Positions 1 to 8,577 of a DNA stretch of 40,935 nucleotides are shown here, piece after piece. The stretch lies in IMG/VR virus record IMGVR_UViG_3300013020_000006, positions 1 to 40,935 of that record. One strand, written 5' to 3'. Position 1 is the first letter of the stretch; the number at the start of each line of letters is the position of its first letter. The notes beneath the pieces were generated by a model, which saw nothing but the letters and a program-made list of their open reading frames with translations, had not been told where the DNA came from and did no database searches. The position numbers were made by a program, and so were the translations under genes. The DNA comes from a virus. Lineage: Duplodnaviria; Caudoviricetes.

Positions 1-134
1 AAGAAGAAATCTTAACAGTTAAAAAAATAGTTATTGATGATATAGAGCCTTGTTATCGCTTAAGACTTGAAGAATATGGAGTAGGAATATCGCCACAATA
101 TTACGATATAGAAAAAATAGAGGAGGAGAAATAA
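1..134 (+). CDS. 3' end of a hypothetical protein, paralog of 2823..3110 (truncated by window edge)
   Basis: Frame from nt 3 reads EEILTVKKIVIDDIEPCYRLRLEEYGVGISPQYYDIEKIEEEK*; shares LEEYGVGISPQYYDIEK with ORF 2823..3110. Confidence 0.8.
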   Translation, partial: EEILTVKKIVIDDIEPCYRLRLEEYGVGISPQYYDIEKIEEEK

Positions 135-150
135 ATGCCAAAAGATAAAG
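119..150 (+). repeat. 32-bp direct repeat copy 1 (RBS plus first five codons)
   Basis: agaggaggagaaataaatgccaaaagataaag, identical at 676..707. Confidence 0.9.
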
Positions 151-557
151 TATTTAATAGAGATGAGTTAGGAATTATAAATTTAGAGAATTTAAGTGAA
201 GACACTAGAAAAGAAATAAGGAAAGCAATAGAAGAAAAGTCAGAAGGACACAACGAAAGATTTGTATTAACAATGCCCACTAAGCCTAAAAGCAGACTCA
301 GAGGTTTTACAAAGGCATCAAAGGAAATGCTTAGAAAGATACATGATAGATTTGATAGTAAGAGAACACCAGTAGAACATGATTTTACAAATGGAATGAA
401 TAAGGTAGCACAGATGTTACAGTACTATATTAATAGTAAGTCAATGAGAGACAATAAACCTTTTAGACCAGATATGGTAGAGATGGCTAAAAGAGCAGAG
501 GTAATAGCAGGACAGTTAAGACACGCTGTAGAGTTACAAGAAAAAGAGGAGGAATAA
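135..557 (+). CDS. hypothetical phage protein
   Basis: 140 aa ORF with GAGGAGG RBS, abuts upstream stop. Confidence 0.8.
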   Translation: MPKDKVFNRDELGIINLENLSEDTRKEIRKAIEEKSEGHNERFVLTMPTKPKSRLRGFTKASKEMLRKIHDRFDSKRTPVEHDFTNGMNKVAQMLQYYINSKSMRDNKPFRPDMVEMAKRAEVIAGQLRHAVELQEKEEE

Positions 558-559
558 AA

Positions 560-712
560 ATGATTAATAGCAAACTTGACATTGAGATTAATAGGGCACA
601 AGAAGAACTTGAAGTCTTATGCAGATTAAAAAGAAAGGCTCAAGAAAGACTTAAGAAATTACACGATAAGAAGAAAGAGGAGGAGAAATAAATGCCAAAA
701 GATAAAGAGTTA
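560..712 (+). CDS. small basic hypothetical protein (50 aa, not in ORF track)
   Basis: gaggagg RBS then ATG at 560; MINSKLDIEINRAQEELEVLCRLKERLKKDLRNYTIRRKRRRNKCQKIKS*; fills the gap but overlaps the next gene by 21 nt. Confidence 0.55.
676..707 (+). repeat. 32-bp direct repeat copy 2
   Basis: identical to 119..150. Confidence 0.9.
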
Positions 713-883
713 GCACTTAGAGAATTCGAGGAAATCAGAAAAGAAGGAAAGTTCAATATGCTAAACAGACGAGGGGTAATGAACTACGCAAATGAAACAG
801 GAAGGTATAACTTAGTTGTATACTGTGGTAATAATAGAGACAAGTACGCAGAGTTACTCAAGTCATATTCTAGGAGTGAGTAA
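692..883 (+). CDS. DUF5049-like small protein
   Basis: Pattern IRxxGxxNM...YxLV...RxxY recalled from DUF5049; strong RBS. Confidence 0.55.
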   Translation: MPKDKELALREFEEIRKEGKFNMLNRRGVMNYANETGRYNLVVYCGNNRDKYAELLKSYSRSE

Positions 884-884
884 A

Positions 885-1073
885 GTGTTTAAGATTAAAT
901 TTGAGGAAGGGGAGTTGGGAACTAATAATATTGCTATAATGACTGGTGGTACTATTGAGATTTATTACAAAGGCTTAACTATCGTAACTGATGAACTTAG
1001 CTTTATACTTAGAAGAAATGATGGTATAGAGAAAACTAAAATAGATATAATCAAGACACTAGAGGAGGAATAA
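885..1073 (+). CDS. hypothetical protein (start reassigned to GTG 885)
   Basis: aggagtg RBS before in-frame GTG; avoids overlap with previous gene. Confidence 0.65.
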   Translation: MFKIKFEEGELGTNNIAIMTGGTIEIYYKGLTIVTDELSFILRRNDGIEKTKIDIIKTLEEE

Positions 1074-1076
1074 ATA

Positions 1077-1424
1077 ATGTATGCCATTAGAGACAAGTCA
1101 GCTAAAAGAAGTAGACAGGAAGTAGACGAAAAACTGAGAGAGGGATATAAATTCTACTTAGTACAGGGAACGAACTTAGAGAAGAGAAAGAAAGCACTCG
1201 ATAGTATACTTAAGAAAGAAGGTAAAGACATTGATTACGAGTTTTGGAGTATTACTTACAGAGTAGGTTACTACAGCTTACTTCTTATCAAACAGGAAAT
1301 GACAAGAGACTTAAGATTTACTTTTAGAAAAGTGAACATCAGAGTTAAAACGAATAGTGGACTAAATGACGAAGGAAAATATACTTACTTACAGGGACAT
1401 GAGATAAAACAGTTCTTATCATAG
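1077..1424 (+). CDS. hypothetical protein
   Basis: ORF with gaggagg RBS. Confidence 0.8.
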   Translation: MYAIRDKSAKRSRQEVDEKLREGYKFYLVQGTNLEKRKKALDSILKKEGKDIDYEFWSITYRVGYYSLLLIKQEMTRDLRFTFRKVNIRVKTNSGLNDEGKYTYLQGHEIKQFLS

Positions 1425-1439
1425 GAGATGATTTAGTAA

Positions 1440-1610
1440 ATGCAAAATGAACTAGACCACATAGATGGAAGAGTGATAGAAGTTAAAGGTTGGAATGAGA
1501 GAGAGAAAGTAGAAAATCAGATTAAAAAGAGTGATGATGAAGAAATATTCGATAGCATTTATTACAGCATAGAGGACTTTGGCATAGTAATTACAAGGAG
1601 GAAGAAGTAA
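1440..1610 (+). CDS. small hypothetical protein (56 aa, not in ORF track)
   Basis: aggagatga RBS, ATG 1440, MQNELDHIDGRVIEVKGWNERE...; TAA overlaps next ATG. Confidence 0.7.
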   Translation: MQNELDHIDGRVIEVKGWNEREKVENQIKKSDDEEIFDSIYYSIEDFGIVITRRKK

Positions 1611-2011
1611 TGGAACAGAAAAAGATATGGTTAAGTACTAAGACAAGAGGAAAAGTTAGATTACTCAACACAATTTATGATAGTGCAGAAAAGAAAATTA
1701 AAGTGCTAGTCAAAAGCAAAGGGGGTGCAATCTTCCTTCTTGATTATGAAGAAATTGAGGATAAAGTGAAAAAGCCAAAAGAAGAAGACACAGAACACTT
1801 TGTTATATGGGCTGAGGGGTATAGAGCAACAGGTCAATCCTCTGGTGCAACTTATCTTGGGTCAGAGAAAGCAGAAACTTTTAGACAAGCCTGTAAGAAA
1901 CACGCTAGAAAAGACTCCCAGTTCAATTACTACTTTAATGAAGAGTCAATGACATACTGGGGTTGTAAATTATTTGATAACGAAAGAGACGCTAGAAAAA
2001 GTTTTGGATAA
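1610..2011 (+). CDS. hypothetical phage protein
   Basis: RBS aggagg; C-terminal IWAEGYRATG...YWGCKLFDNExDARKSFG looks like a conserved phage domain. Confidence 0.75.
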   Translation: MEQKKIWLSTKTRGKVRLLNTIYDSAEKKIKVLVKSKGGAIFLLDYEEIEDKVKKPKEEDTEHFVIWAEGYRATGQSSGATYLGSEKAETFRQACKKHARKDSQFNYYFNEESMTYWGCKLFDNERDARKSFG

Positions 2012-2026
2012 GAGAGGAGATAAAAT

Positions 2027-2281
2027 ATGAGATATGTTCAAATGACTGACAAGTTCATGAGTGGTTGGGGTCTTGCTAAAAGGAAAAAGAATATACTTGT
2101 GTTCCATTGCAAGAGTGATGAAGAGGTTGAGGCAGTACTATCTAATGCAAAAGCGAGAGAGGAAATGACAGAAATAAAAGTAACAATGAAACCACTTACA
2201 GGAAGGCAAAAGTGTTTAGTCCAACAGAAGACAAAGAATGATTATCCAAACTGGTATAAAAAGAATTACTTCAATAATTAG
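2027..2281 (+). CDS. hypothetical phage protein
   Basis: RBS gaggag; YVQMTDKFMSGWG motif. Confidence 0.75.
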   Translation: MRYVQMTDKFMSGWGLAKRKKNILVFHCKSDEEVEAVLSNAKAREEMTEIKVTMKPLTGRQKCLVQQKTKNDYPNWYKKNYFNN

Positions 2282-2294
2282 AGGAGGAAATAGA

Positions 2295-2555
2295 ATGATG
2301 GTAAAAGATGTTACAGAGTGTCTAAAATCAAATGACATAATTTTAGATGAAGTTAGTAAACAGATAGGATTAATACTACAGATGGATAAAGAAAAAGTTA
2401 AAAGTTTACTATATAATAGCCCCAGTCAGACTGTTGCAAAAGAGAAATTAATAGGAATGAAATCGACTCCAAGTAAGGAACTGGAAGACTTAATAGAGTT
2501 ATTTGAGAAGACAGTATATCATTCACAGCACTTAAATAGAAAGAAGATAAGATAA
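2295..2555 (+). CDS. hypothetical protein (start reassigned to ATG 2295)
   Basis: gaggagg at 2281-2287 precedes in-frame ATG. Confidence 0.7.
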   Translation: MMVKDVTECLKSNDIILDEVSKQIGLILQMDKEKVKSLLYNSPSQTVAKEKLIGMKSTPSKELEDLIELFEKTVYHSQHLNRKKIR

Positions 2556-2556
2556 A

Positions 2557-2820
2557 ATGCAACCTTACTTGAGTCTAGGTGGAATACGACAGAACAAGAC
2601 AAAGTTAGAATTGTTCAAGCATTTAAGAGTAGTGTTAGAAGAGTTAGAGTGTATGCAGACTAATTTAGGTCTTACGATAGGGCAACTGAATAATGATAAA
2701 GACGATATTATAGACAAGTTTGAAGAAGAATACAATGTAAGTTTTGGAAAGGCTCATAATAAGTTAGACGAAGTACTTCAAGCAGTTTATAAGGAGATAA
2801 AAAAACTAGAGGAGGAATAA
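2557..2820 (+). CDS. hypothetical helical protein
   Basis: ORF packed 1 nt after previous stop. Confidence 0.65.
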   Translation: MQPYLSLGGIRQNKTKLELFKHLRVVLEELECMQTNLGLTIGQLNNDKDDIIDKFEEEYNVSFGKAHNKLDEVLQAVYKEIKKLEEE

Positions 2821-2822
2821 AA

Positions 2823-3110
2823 ATGAAAAAAACAGGCTTTGCAAAACAGTGGGAAAAGCACTCTAGAGAATATTTGAAAGAAAATGGTATAACAATTGAT
2901 TTTGAAGAAGGAGATAAAATAAGACTTGAGAAAGACTTAGAATTACGAACTGGGAAAACTATTACTAAAGAAGAAGTACTAACAGTTAGAGAAGTTGAAT
3001 GTGATGATATAGAGTTATATTATGTTCTTTGGTTGGAAGAATACGGAGTAGGAATATCACCACAATATTATGATATAGAAAAACTAGAGGAGGAAATAGA
3101 TAATGATTAG
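2823..3110 (+). CDS. hypothetical protein, paralog of the gene ending at 134
   Basis: RBS gaggagg; C-terminal similarity to 1..134. Confidence 0.8.
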   Translation: MKKTGFAKQWEKHSREYLKENGITIDFEEGDKIRLEKDLELRTGKTITKEEVLTVREVECDDIELYYVLWLEEYGVGISPQYYDIEKLEEEIDND

Positions 3111-3516
3111 AGTAAAAAATGAATTTAAAGGTAGGGGTTTCCACAATGAGACAGAGGCATTTGAAGTAGAGTTTGAAAACGAGGAATTCGAGGAAGTTGT
3201 GAAAGAGTGGTTAGAAGGTGGAGAATTACTTACCTTAGATAATGAACACATAGACCCAGCCAGTATGGAACACTTAGAAAACAGACTTTTAGTAATCAGA
3301 CCAGACCAAATGGCAGAAGACTACAAGAACAGTAAATACCAACTGCTAATAGGAACAGGTGGTTTTGGAGTTGACCCAAGTAAAATGGGGAGAGCAGTTT
3401 TCTCACTCAACTTAGGTGATGGAGAACAGGTCAGATGGAACAGAGAGCAGATAATGGGAATAGTTAAGAAAGCAGGGTTAGTAAGAGTGACAAAGATATT
3501 AGAGGAGGAGAGATAA
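3103..3516 (+). CDS. hypothetical protein with a GGFG-motif domain
   Basis: QLLIGTGGFGVDP..MGRAVF..NL.DGE..RWNR..IMG resembles a domain recalled from Firmicute mobile-element proteins; family name not certain. Confidence 0.7.
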   Translation: MIRVKNEFKGRGFHNETEAFEVEFENEEFEEVVKEWLEGGELLTLDNEHIDPASMEHLENRLLVIRPDQMAEDYKNSKYQLLIGTGGFGVDPSKMGRAVFSLNLGDGEQVRWNREQIMGIVKKAGLVRVTKILEEER

Positions 3517-4017
3517 ATGAGACTAAGAGATGTTAGAAAGGATATGAAGTTAAAAGACTTAGAGGGTAAGAGGTATAAGGTTAAGAGGGTAAGCAATAAA
3601 GGTATATTATTCTATAACTCAGTTGGTTGGCATAGTCCAAAAAACTTTGTAAGAGCAAGTAGATTAGAAGAAGGAGAGAAAGTAGTTTTAGAAGAAGATG
3701 AGAGAGTAGTAACAATAGAATATAAAACAGACCAGCCAGACTACAAGGGAAGAGAGTTCCTCATATCTGTTAGACTAGAGGCAACGAGTGAACTAGTTTA
3801 CAGATTAGTAAAAAGAGAAGATTTGAGAGTAAGAAAATACCCAGACGAGTTAGAAGAAGGAGATAGGTTTGTGAATATGTTTGGAGTAACAGAACGAGTT
3901 CTAGCAAGAGCATATGATGAAGAAGATGAGGATATGGTTTACCTCACAAAAAGTGAAGGTGGGAAAGTAAGTAAATGGAATAGTCGTAGTATTAGTAGAA
4001 AAGATATTCTTGAATAG
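3517..4017 (+). CDS. hypothetical protein, possibly tandem small beta-barrel repeats
   Basis: Repeated LEEGE/LEEGD..ERV motif; RBS gaggagg. Confidence 0.7.
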   Translation: MRLRDVRKDMKLKDLEGKRYKVKRVSNKGILFYNSVGWHSPKNFVRASRLEEGEKVVLEEDERVVTIEYKTDQPDYKGREFLISVRLEATSELVYRLVKREDLRVRKYPDELEEGDRFVNMFGVTERVLARAYDEEDEDMVYLTKSEGGKVSKWNSRSISRKDILE

Positions 4018-4029
4018 GAGAGGGTAATA

Positions 4030-4320
4030 GTGCAGAAAACAGAGAGATTAAAAGCTGAACTAGACGAGAGAAATAAGGGCAGAAAGAAAATGCAATCAGA
4101 GGTAGAGAGACTAAGAAATAAAGTAAGGAGTCAACAAAGACAGATAGACGCACTCTTGACTGACCTTATCATTTTAGTTGAAAGAGAAGAAGGAGAAGTG
4201 TTCATACCAGAAAGAGAGTACATGACAATAAGCAACCAAGCACAGATATTCGCTGAACAAGATAAGAAAAATAAAGGAGTCAGACTAAAAACTTTATATC
4301 TGTCAAACGAAATAAACTAG
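4030..4320 (+). CDS. hypothetical coiled-coil protein
   Basis: ORF with aggagag RBS, GTG start. Confidence 0.7.
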   Translation: MQKTERLKAELDERNKGRKKMQSEVERLRNKVRSQQRQIDALLTDLIILVEREEGEVFIPEREYMTISNQAQIFAEQDKKNKGVRLKTLYLSNEIN

Positions 4321-4333
4321 GGGGGTAAAAATA

Positions 4334-4708
4334 ATGTGGTTAGATAGGGTAAAAGACGCAATAGAAAAAACAGAGAAAGACTTAGAAGAGTTAAGTTATA
4401 GCTTTAGTCAACTTAGTGGAACAGAGTTAGATATAGCTGAGCAAGTGTACGAGCAGGTAGATTTAGAAAACCTAGAGGACTTGAAGTATAAAGTATTGAG
4501 AATGGGAGAGCTATTAGAAGACGCTGATAATATTGGTGGAGTGCAAGTGTGGATAGACGAGTACGATACGTTGAATATAGCACCCCATGAAAATCATCAT
4601 GTTACAGTTCCAGACTTGAGCATTAAGAATACTCAGAGATACTTAGAAAAAGAAGTGTCAGAGAAAAAAGCTAAACAGATAATCAAATGGTATGTCGATA
4701 AGCTATAG
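4334..4708 (+). CDS. hypothetical protein
   Basis: ORF with aggggg RBS. Confidence 0.75.
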   Translation: MWLDRVKDAIEKTEKDLEELSYSFSQLSGTELDIAEQVYEQVDLENLEDLKYKVLRMGELLEDADNIGGVQVWIDEYDTLNIAPHENHHVTVPDLSIKNTQRYLEKEVSEKKAKQIIKWYVDKL

Positions 4709-4723
4709 AGAGGAGGTGATTAA

Positions 4724-5188
4724 ATGTCATCGAGCTTTTTAGAAATGGAAGAGCCACAGAGAACTCACGCAGAAATAGACATGATGAATACCAAGACAGT
4801 AGCACAAAGAATAAAAGAAAGAGAAAGGGAAGAAAGAATAGCCGAGAGGTTAGGAATAGAAGTAAATGTCAAAGAGCCAAAGCAATTGACAGCATGGTTA
4901 AGTGACGCTAAAGAGCAACTAAGAAAAATGAGTGACCCAAAAAACAGAGAGGAGAATGATAAAATGTATTATAGTCTATATGAGGTGACAGTAGTTGATG
5001 TAGATAGTTTAGCAATTAAGACTGATACTAAGGTAATGGCAAAGTCAGAAGAACAGGCGAGAGGAAAAGCAGGATACTTCGACCTACTGGCTGAGAAAGA
5101 GTACGATACAGACAAATTGGAAGTGAGAGTAGAAAAGATAATGAGCAATATCAAGAAAGTAGAGGAAGTAGGAGTAATAGCCGATTAG
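4724..5188 (+). CDS. hypothetical protein
   Basis: ORF with aggaggtga RBS. Confidence 0.8.
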   Translation: MSSSFLEMEEPQRTHAEIDMMNTKTVAQRIKEREREERIAERLGIEVNVKEPKQLTAWLSDAKEQLRKMSDPKNREENDKMYYSLYEVTVVDVDSLAIKTDTKVMAKSEEQARGKAGYFDLLAEKEYDTDKLEVRVEKIMSNIKKVEEVGVIAD

Positions 5189-5253
5189 ACTTTTAGTTCA
5201 TAAAAGATAAATGAGCTAGAAAAAGAAGGCTGGAAATCGTAAAAAATAAGGGC

Positions 5254-5448
5254 GTGGGAAAAGAAGAAAGACTAAAATATCTCCCAAGCCCCAAGACAAC
5301 AGTAAGGACTAAGAGAAAGAGTAAAGGAAGATACTTAGTAAAAGTTTACTCAAGGGTAGACGGAAAGAAAAAGTGGGTGGAAAAAGTCTGGAAAAAGGCT
5401 ATATCCACCCATATAGCTATGTCTAAAAAGTACTGTATAGAGGGGTAG
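5254..5448 (+). CDS. possible small basic protein
   Basis: 64 aa Lys/Arg-rich ORF, GTG start, weak RBS. Confidence 0.35.
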   Translation: MGKEERLKYLPSPKTTVRTKRKSKGRYLVKVYSRVDGKKKWVEKVWKKAISTHIAMSKKYCIEG

Positions 5449-6471
5449 AATAGAGGGGTAAATAGCCAAGACTGAAACCTCAGAAATCCCAGAGCTGGCG
5501 GGGAAGGAGAAGGGGTTGGGTTGTATAGATAAGAAAGAGAAACAATAATAAGAAATACATAAGTAAATAGAGTATAGTAATAATAAGATAAGAGATAGAC
5601 TTTTAGTATATAGAGAAATAGAGAATTAGACAGACTGGTGTACGCACTAATTTTCCTAAAAATTGGAAATGATATTGGCATTTTGCAATAGACTAGCAAC
5701 CACCACCAGCCCTGTCATGACAAGGATAGCAAGGGGTAAGCAAGGACAAGAAATCAGTAATTACAGAAAGGAAATAAGCAACCCAAGCCTAGTTATAAAG
5801 CACCCAGTTTTAGATATAAAGCAATACTGATTGGACTTTAGCAACATTAGTATATAGGGGAGAATGGTAGGTATTGGTAACGATATACAAAGACTGGTAA
5901 CGACTGGTAGAGAATGGTAAGTTTGTTCGCTTTATGACACACAAGTAACGCATTGAGGGGTAAAATAAGATGCCTGTTATGTAGGGGAGGACAAGGGTTT
6001 TGGGAATTAATGGAAAATGAAAAGTGTCACTTCGTAAGCCTACAAGCATAGAAAAGTGTTCGCTTTATGTTATTTATGTAACACAAGGTAAGGTAATGAA
6101 AGGACTAAAACTCAGACAGAAAATAAAGGCTGGTGAGAAAAGACAGGAATAGTAAAAATAATTAGCCCAGTTTAAAGTAAGGAAAGGACTGGAGGATAAG
6201 CAACATAGATTAGAAGTTAAACAGTTTTAGATTAGATAATTAGACAGGGCAATAGAAAGGAAATAGAAAAAGAAACTGGCAGGGGAAAAGATAAGGAACT
6301 AGAGATAAAGAGTTTACGCCTAGAGTTCAGCACATTTGATACAGCACAGGCAGGGGAGTAGTATAGTAACAGATTGGAAATGTAAAAGTAATGAACAGCA
6401 CAGATTTTTGACCCCACCTTTAACGAGGGGAAAATGTTAAGGAGGCACCCTACCACCTTTTTTATGAAGCA

Positions 6472-6523
6472 CTAAAAACTAAAGTATAAGTCATATTTAT
6501 GTGTAGACCTAAAAACTAAAGTA
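6472..6523 (+). repeat. 15-bp direct repeat pair ctaaaaactaaagta
   Basis: copies at 6472..6486 and 6509..6523. Confidence 0.8.
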
Positions 6524-6719
6524 ATTGACTAAAAGGATACTCAACCAGATGCCGTCACACTCAAAAGAGATGGTAGAATAATTAGAGAATAATTTTAAGG
6601 TAGGGGAGAAGATATTAACACAGGGGAGATATAAATGGATACAGGGGAGGAATAAAACGAGGTTGGTAGATATTTTAGATATAGGGGTAATAAGGTCGGC
6701 GTGTTTTAGGTTGGAAATT

Positions 6720-6748
6720 TTGAAATAAAATGGTACAAGGTGTATAAT
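6720..6748 (+). promoter_or_regulatory. sigma-A-type promoter for terL
   Basis: TTGAAA (6720-6725), 17 nt spacer, TATAAT (6743-6748); AGGAGGTG RBS follows. Confidence 0.75.
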
Positions 6749-6771
6749 AGTAGTAGGAGGTGAGGAATTAA

Positions 6772-8394
6772 TTGGACTTAGTACAGATGAGGACAATCAA
6801 GGAGAAAGACATACAACCCTTGACAGGAGTAGAATTTGATGTAGAAGAAATGACTAAGAATATAGTAACCTTCTCTGAGAAAATGGCAGGGATAGAATTT
6901 TTTCCATACCAGAGGGAATATGCAGAAGGGATAGTTAAAAGCGTTATACAAAATGATGGTGAGGAACTGACAGCGTTATTTGCTAGACAGAGTGGTAAGA
7001 CAGAAACAAATGCTGTAATAGCAGATGGAATTATGGTAATACTACCACTTTTAGCTAAATTGTTTTCACATTATGAGCCAATACAGATTTATAGGAATGG
7101 TGTACGAGTAGGAGTATTCGCACCTAGTGGAAGACAGGCTCAGACAACCTACGGAAGAATGGATACTAGAATAAGAAGTAGAAATGCTAAAATGATATTA
7201 AATAGTAACGACATTGATGTAGGTTTAGAAGACTTAACCAGAGTAATAGCGTTGGATAATGGAAGTATTGCCATCAGTTTGAGTGCGAATAAGAACGCAC
7301 AGATTGAGAGTGAGACCCTACATTTTATTATAGTAGAGGAGGCTCAAGATGTTGACAGCATGGTGGTGAGAAAAAGTATTCACCCAATGGGAGCCAGTAC
7401 GAACGCTACAGTAATAAAGGTAGGAACAGCTAACAATGTTAAGAGTGACTTTTTAGACGCTATTAGAAGAAACAGAAGAAGGAATGAAGAGGAGAACAGA
7501 CAACTCCATTTTGAATATGACTATAAAGAGGTACAGAAATATAATGACAGATATAGAAAATACATAAAGCAGGAGATAAGGCGATTAGGTAAAAATAGTG
7601 ATGAATTTAGAATGGCTTATGGTTGTGAGTTTATCCTAGAAAGAGGAATGTTCCTAACAGAGAGCAAATTCAACGAACTATGCGAGATAGAAAGGAACTT
7701 ACCTTTAGTGCATGAGAGAAAAAGAGGAGTTCAAACAGCTGGAATTGATATAGCCAAGAAAAGTGATAGCACAGTAATAACAGTAACAGAAATAGACTAC
7801 GATAACCCAGTATATGACGATATAGAGGGAGTAGAAAGATACAGAAAAAGGATATTAGACTGGTTGGAGTTAAAAGGTGACGATTACAACAGCCAATTCT
7901 ATCAGATTGTAGAGTTTTTAGAGAAATTCAATATAAGTACGGTGTATATTGACTCAACTGGTGGTGGAGAAATAATGTCAGACAGAATTAAGGGCTACTT
8001 TGATGGAAGAATTGATGTAGTAAGCTATACTTTTAGTAGAAAGTCTAAGAGTAAGATGTATAAGCACCTAAATCAAGAGATACACGCTAACAGATTACTA
8101 ATACCGAGTGGTAGTAGAGTAACTAGGTACAAAAAATACAGAAAATTCAAGCAACAAATGCTAGATTTAGAGAAAGATTGGAAAGGACAGTACCTAATAG
8201 TAAGCCACCCAATGAAAAAAGACGCACATGATGACTATGCTGATAGTTTAGCACTAGCAATAATGGCTAGTAAGAACGAGGCTATGCCAGAATTAGAGGT
8301 ACAGGACTATAATCCGTTCTTTGAGGACAAAGGTTACAGGAGTTATGGTAAAAAGAAGAAGGCAGGTAGAACAAATAGCGAATTATTTGGCTAA
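6772..8394 (+). CDS. terL: terminase large subunit
   Basis: Walker A ARQSGKT, Walker B IIVEEAQD, VGTA coupling motif, RNase H-like nuclease motifs GIDIAK, YIDSTG, HDDYADSLALA. Confidence 0.93.
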   Translation: MDLVQMRTIKEKDIQPLTGVEFDVEEMTKNIVTFSEKMAGIEFFPYQREYAEGIVKSVIQNDGEELTALFARQSGKTETNAVIADGIMVILPLLAKLFSHYEPIQIYRNGVRVGVFAPSGRQAQTTYGRMDTRIRSRNAKMILNSNDIDVGLEDLTRVIALDNGSIAISLSANKNAQIESETLHFIIVEEAQDVDSMVVRKSIHPMGASTNATVIKVGTANNVKSDFLDAIRRNRRRNEEENRQLHFEYDYKEVQKYNDRYRKYIKQEIRRLGKNSDEFRMAYGCEFILERGMFLTESKFNELCEIERNLPLVHERKRGVQTAGIDIAKKSDSTVITVTEIDYDNPVYDDIEGVERYRKRILDWLELKGDDYNSQFYQIVEFLEKFNISTVYIDSTGGGEIMSDRIKGYFDGRIDVVSYTFSRKSKSKMYKHLNQEIHANRLLIPSGSRVTRYKKYRKFKQQMLDLEKDWKGQYLIVSHPMKKDAHDDYADSLALAIMASKNEAMPELEVQDYNPFFEDKGYRSYGKKKKAGRTNSELFG

Positions 8395-8408
8395 AAGGAG
8401 GAGAAATT

Positions 8409-8561
8409 TTGAAGTGTCCTAAGTGTAATAGAGAAATAACCCCAGTTTTAGTTAAAATTGAGTCAGAAATAATAAGTGCAAACTGTCCTATATGCAATTA
8501 TAACATGATAGACGAATTAAAGTGGCTTGAAGGAGAAATACAGTGGTCTAAAGAGAGGTAA
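8409..8561 (+). CDS. small zinc-ribbon protein (50 aa, not in ORF track)
   Basis: aaggaggag RBS, TTG start; MKCPKC...CPICNY, two CxxC motifs. Confidence 0.8.
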   Translation: MKCPKCNREITPVLVKIESEIISANCPICNYNMIDELKWLEGEIQWSKER

Positions 8562-8577
8562 AGAGGAGGCTATTTAA

